A stretch of 15,834 bases of DNA from a bacterium (GTDB taxonomy: Bacteria > CALINM01). The notes beneath the pieces are model-generated. The model saw only the letters and a list, made by a program, of their open reading frames with translations. It searched no databases and had not been told where the DNA came from. Numbering within the stretch: the stretch's first letter is position 1; the number at the start of each line of letters is the position of its first letter. Shown here one piece after another: positions 12,737 to 15,834 of this stretch. The position numbers and the translations under genes were made by a program. The stretch lies in contig JBEQAF010000047.1 in the NCBI GenBank assembly GCA_041640455.1, positions 1 to 15,834 on the forward strand, in the 5' to 3' direction.

Positions 12737-13768
12737 ATGGAAGATATCAGAAGCTTTACCTACCAGGAGCTGGTTAATCTTTTTGGAGAGAAGGGACATA
12801 GGGAGTTTCGTGTCAGGCAGCTTTTCAAATGGCTTTATGAGAAGCTGTCCTACAACTTTGACTTGATGACAGACCTGTCTAAGGATTTCAGAAAGTTTCT
12901 GACACAGAACTATCAGATCAACTCATTAATGGTTGAGGATGTGCAGACCTCAAAGGACGGCACAAAAAAATTTCTTTTCCGCACCGAAGACCATAAATTT
13001 ATTGAATCTGTTTTTATGCCCATTGACGGGCGATTTACTATATGTATCTCCTCTCAGGTTGGCTGTCCTATGGACTGCCAGTTCTGCTGTACAGGTAGCA
13101 AAGGTTTTGAGAGAAATCTAAAAACATGGGAGATAGTTGACCAGCTTTCTCAGGTAATTTTACATACATCTATAAAGCCAAGTAATATTGTTTTTATGGG
13201 GATGGGTGAGCCGCTTTTAAATTATGAGAATGTAATTAAGGCTGTTCATATTTTAAGAAACCCCTATGGTTACGCCTATTCTGCCAAAAAGATTACCCTG
13301 TCAACGGTGGGGATTGTAGATGGCATAATCAGACTGGGGCAGGATACGGATATTAAATTAGCTGTATCGCTAAATGCAACTACTAATGAACAGAGAGATA
13401 AGATTATGCCTGTAAATAAAAAATATCCGCTGGACAGCCTTATAAAAGCTCTTGAAAACTATCCGCTTAAAAAGGACGGAGAGATAACCATAGAATATGT
13501 GATGATCAGAGACTTTAACGATTCCTTCGAAGATGCAGACAGATTGACAAATATGTTAAAAAAGGTTCAGGCAAAAATTAATCTGATTATATTTAACCAA
13601 TGGGAAGGATGTCTGTTTAAATCTCCTGATTATGAACATGTGCTTAGATTTCAGAAGAGGCTCCGTGAAGCAGGCTTTCTGGTCTTTATTAGAGACAGCA
13701 AGGGGGCTGATATAAGCGCCGCCTGTGGTCAGCTTAGAGGCAAAAAGTTAGTTAGTGCAGTAGGTTGA
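12737..13768 (+). CDS. rlmN: 23S rRNA (adenine2503-C2)/tRNA methyltransferase, radical SAM
   Basis: SKDGTKKFLF, CISSQVGCPMDCQFC (CxxxCxxC), NIVFMGMGEPLLN, LAVSLNA, IEYVMI and GADISAACGQL. The ndk-rlmN gene order is conserved. Confidence 0.97.
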   Translation: MEDIRSFTYQELVNLFGEKGHREFRVRQLFKWLYEKLSYNFDLMTDLSKDFRKFLTQNYQINSLMVEDVQTSKDGTKKFLFRTEDHKFIESVFMPIDGRFTICISSQVGCPMDCQFCCTGSKGFERNLKTWEIVDQLSQVILHTSIKPSNIVFMGMGEPLLNYENVIKAVHILRNPYGYAYSAKKITLSTVGIVDGIIRLGQDTDIKLAVSLNATTNEQRDKIMPVNKKYPLDSLIKALENYPLKKDGEITIEYVMIRDFNDSFEDADRLTNMLKKVQAKINLIIFNQWEGCLFKSPDYEHVLRFQKRLREAGFLVFIRDSKGADISAACGQLRGKKLVSAVG

Positions 13769-15460
13769 AAGATACTTGAATAAGACATTTTTTTCCTGCA
13801 GGACTTTAATTTTTGTAGAGTTACCGATATAGTCGCTTATCTCCTTATCATTTTGTGTCATAATATTGCTTATCATTAATGATGCAAGAAGATATTCTTC
13901 AGCTACAGGTGGCAACCCTGTATCTCTTTTGAGCAGTTCAAGCGAAAGCTTGGATATTGCCGTATAGTTTTTATTATTTATTGATTTAAAAAGCATAAGC
14001 CACATAACCTCAAGACTGCTTAGCATCTTATAGGACTTGCTCTTTTCAATTTTATGAATTATAAGGTTCACATCATTTCTGGTAAGGTTAGGGATGAGGA
14101 ATGAAAATATGTTAAACATAATGCTTAGTCTTTCAGTATGGGTATCTATGGTGTCAGGGTTATCAAGGAAGGTATTAAATCTTTTTGTAATGGCTATTAC
14201 ATCGGCAGGAATATCAAAATTCTCATTACTTTTCCCGTGTAATATAAGGTCTCTCATTATGTTGGAGATTTTTACCAGATAGGGTCTCTGGTAAAAGGGA
14301 GTCAGATTTACCGACTGGGTTAGATCTTCATCATCATCTAAAAGTAGTTTTGATACAGGTACAGGTCCCATGAGAATATTTAACAGCTGACCAGCCCCCT
14401 GTCCAAAAAATCTCAGCTTGGGCGCCTTCCTCTCCAGAATGGGATAAAAATCACTGTTTTCTCTTATATCAAAGGATCTAAAAAAATTGTCAAAGGATTT
14501 TTTATCACCAATTTTTCTTATATAAAAATCATTAACTGATGATATACCCAGTCTTAAAAGCAGGTTTTTGTATGAAGGAATTTTAAAAAGATAATCGCTG
14601 ACACAGGGTAGCCCCCTGTTACTTGACGCAATTAGCAGCTCGTTTTCTGTGGTTATATACATAGCATAATCTGCAAAATTATTGGAGAGCGCTTTAATGA
14701 TAGATGCAATATGTGGAAGGTCTATCTCATATAGCTGAATCCACTGCACAAAAATACCACCTGGTTTTAAATATTTGGTTGTAAGGCTGTAAAACTCAGT
14801 GGTGAAAAGTGTGGCAACACCGCTTATCCATGGGTTAGATGGCTCTGATATGATTACATCGTATTTTTGACCGTGAGTGCTGAAAAAGGTCTTTGCATCG
14901 TCTATATATATCCGGCTTCTTTTGTCATTAAAAATATTGGCTATACGTGGTAAAAAGATCTTTGAGCCTTCAATAACAGCCCTTTCTATCTCCACCGTAT
15001 CTACTTCCTTTACGTAGGGGTTCAAAAGAGCAACATGGGTAGTAAGCCCTGTTCCCAATCCAATAATGGCTATATTTTCAGGTGCAGGATAGTAAAGGAA
15101 GGGGATCAATGCCGCAAGTGAAACCGTGTATTCATCTGGAGATGGCGGGAGCTTTTCATCTATGGCAATGGCTGAATCAGATTTTCCATTGGTTCTTATA
15201 CTTAAATACCCCTTATCTCCAACTACTGAGATACTGGATGTTTTTCCATCTTTATAAAAATAGAGCTGATATTCCTGAGGGTTGAATATAACTCCCTCTC
15301 TGTAAACACCTGAAGACAGCTTATAGGCATCAAGATTTATAGTAAAAAAGCTAAATATTAGTAGTGAAACGCTGGTGCCGGTTACAAGCTTTGAGCTGAG
15401 AATGGGCTTTATAAACTTTTTAAGAGAGAACAAAATTAATATACCAAGAGATATATCAAC
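13748..15460 (-). CDS. C-terminal ~570 aa of a 'fused membrane domain/spermidine synthase'-like protein; native 5' part missing at a chimeric junction
   Basis: Last two TM helices, then YKDGKTSSISV, IRTNGKSD, SAM-type IAIIGLGTGLT, VEIE, IYIDDAKTF, YDVIISEPSNPWISGVATLFTTEFY and LKPGGIFVQW. Low GC like the rest of the window. Confidence 0.82.
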   Translation of the reverse strand, partial: VDISLGILILFSLKKFIKPILSSKLVTGTSVSLLIFSFFTINLDAYKLSSGVYREGVIFNPQEYQLYFYKDGKTSSISVVGDKGYLSIRTNGKSDSAIAIDEKLPPSPDEYTVSLAALIPFLYYPAPENIAIIGLGTGLTTHVALLNPYVKEVDTVEIERAVIEGSKIFLPRIANIFNDKRSRIYIDDAKTFFSTHGQKYDVIISEPSNPWISGVATLFTTEFYSLTTKYLKPGGIFVQWIQLYEIDLPHIASIIKALSNNFADYAMYITTENELLIASSNRGLPCVSDYLFKIPSYKNLLLRLGISSVNDFYIRKIGDKKSFDNFFRSFDIRENSDFYPILERKAPKLRFFGQGAGQLLNILMGPVPVSKLLLDDDEDLTQSVNLTPFYQRPYLVKISNIMRDLILHGKSNENFDIPADVIAITKRFNTFLDNPDTIDTHTERLSIMFNIFSFLIPNLTRNDVNLIIHKIEKSKSYKMLSSLEVMWLMLFKSINNKNYTAISKLSLELLKRDTGLPPVAEEYLLASLMISNIMTQNDKEISDYIGNSTKIKVLQEKNVLFKYLSTYCTN

Positions 15461-15834
15461 AAAGGAGGCAAAAAACAAATCCACGTAGACATTGATGTGG
15501 ATCATGCCTGAGGAAATCACCGCTGGTAACATCAACAACCCTACCGCCCGTACCTGCGGGGATCCCCACTCAAACCGCAGACGGGGTCGTCCTAACCCCA
15601 AGCGCATCTGCAAAGGAACCTGGGCTAACCACTGCGCCACCGCTCCCAGCAAGGTTCCCCAAGCCAGCAAGGAAGGGATCCCGGTCCAGCCCAAGCTGAG
15701 CAGGATTACAATGACCGCCAAACTGGAAATTAGCGGACTGAGGGCGGGCAAGGTATAGTGGCCAGCAGCATTCAGAGCACCAAAGCCAATGCCAATTAGC
15801 CCTGAGAGCACCGCCCAGGGTGCCATGATCCGCA
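15461..15834 (-). CDS. murJ: Internal fragment of lipid II flippase MurJ/MviN, cyanobacterial type, foreign to the rest of the window
   Basis: Translation (L)RIMAPWAVLSGLIGIGFGALNA...LPALSPLISS...LAWGTLLGAVAQWLAQVP...MLPAVISSGMIHINVYVDLFFASF matches the mid-region of cyanobacterial MurJ as I recall it. The frame is open to the window end, so ATG 15826 is an internal Met. Hand-counted GC is 207/354 (~58%) over 15481-15834. Confidence 0.85.
15559..15682. repeat. Two GGGATCCC palindromes (15559-15566 and 15675-15682)
   Basis: Read directly. Both lie in the high-GC segment, and I saw no other copy by eye in the preceding 15.4 kb. Confidence 0.7.

Noticed and set aside
12737..13768. Cfr-type resistance methyltransferase
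   Set aside because: The housekeeping ndk-rlmN context and the MGMGEPL motif fit RlmN, and there is no mobile element nearby.
13748..15826. Single novel 692-aa MurJ-spermidine synthase fusion protein starting at ATG 15826
   Set aside because: The ATG is an internal MurJ Met because the frame is open to the window edge. Composition changes sharply at the domain junction near the sequence end, so a chimera is the simpler explanation until reads show otherwise.

Overview
AT-rich bacterial housekeeping region. The gene content and order (class V aminotransferase-serA-hisZ-purA) resemble anaerobic Desulfobacterota/Nitrospirota-type genomes, but the taxon cannot be fixed from sequence alone. In order it holds: a secreted transglutaminase-like protein, a small Fe-S-binding protein, tRNA-Leu(CAA), an EamA/DMT transporter, the minus-strand operon aminotransferase-serA-hisZ-purA, dnaJ, comEC, ndk, rlmN, and a membrane-associated spermidine-synthase-like gene. 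I found no integrase, transposase, CRISPR array or defence system, and no convincing new multi-gene system. The main anomaly is the last ~370 bp. At about 15460 the hand-counted GC jumps from ~33% to ~58%, the frame switches in-frame to a cyanobacterial-type MurJ/MviN segment, and two GGGATCCC palindromes appear. The 692-aa ORF is therefore a chimera, most likely an assembly or library artefact and less likely a real recombination. A second pattern is that two genes have TATATT-N6-ATG with no Shine-Dalgarno (SD), which suggests leaderless transcripts.
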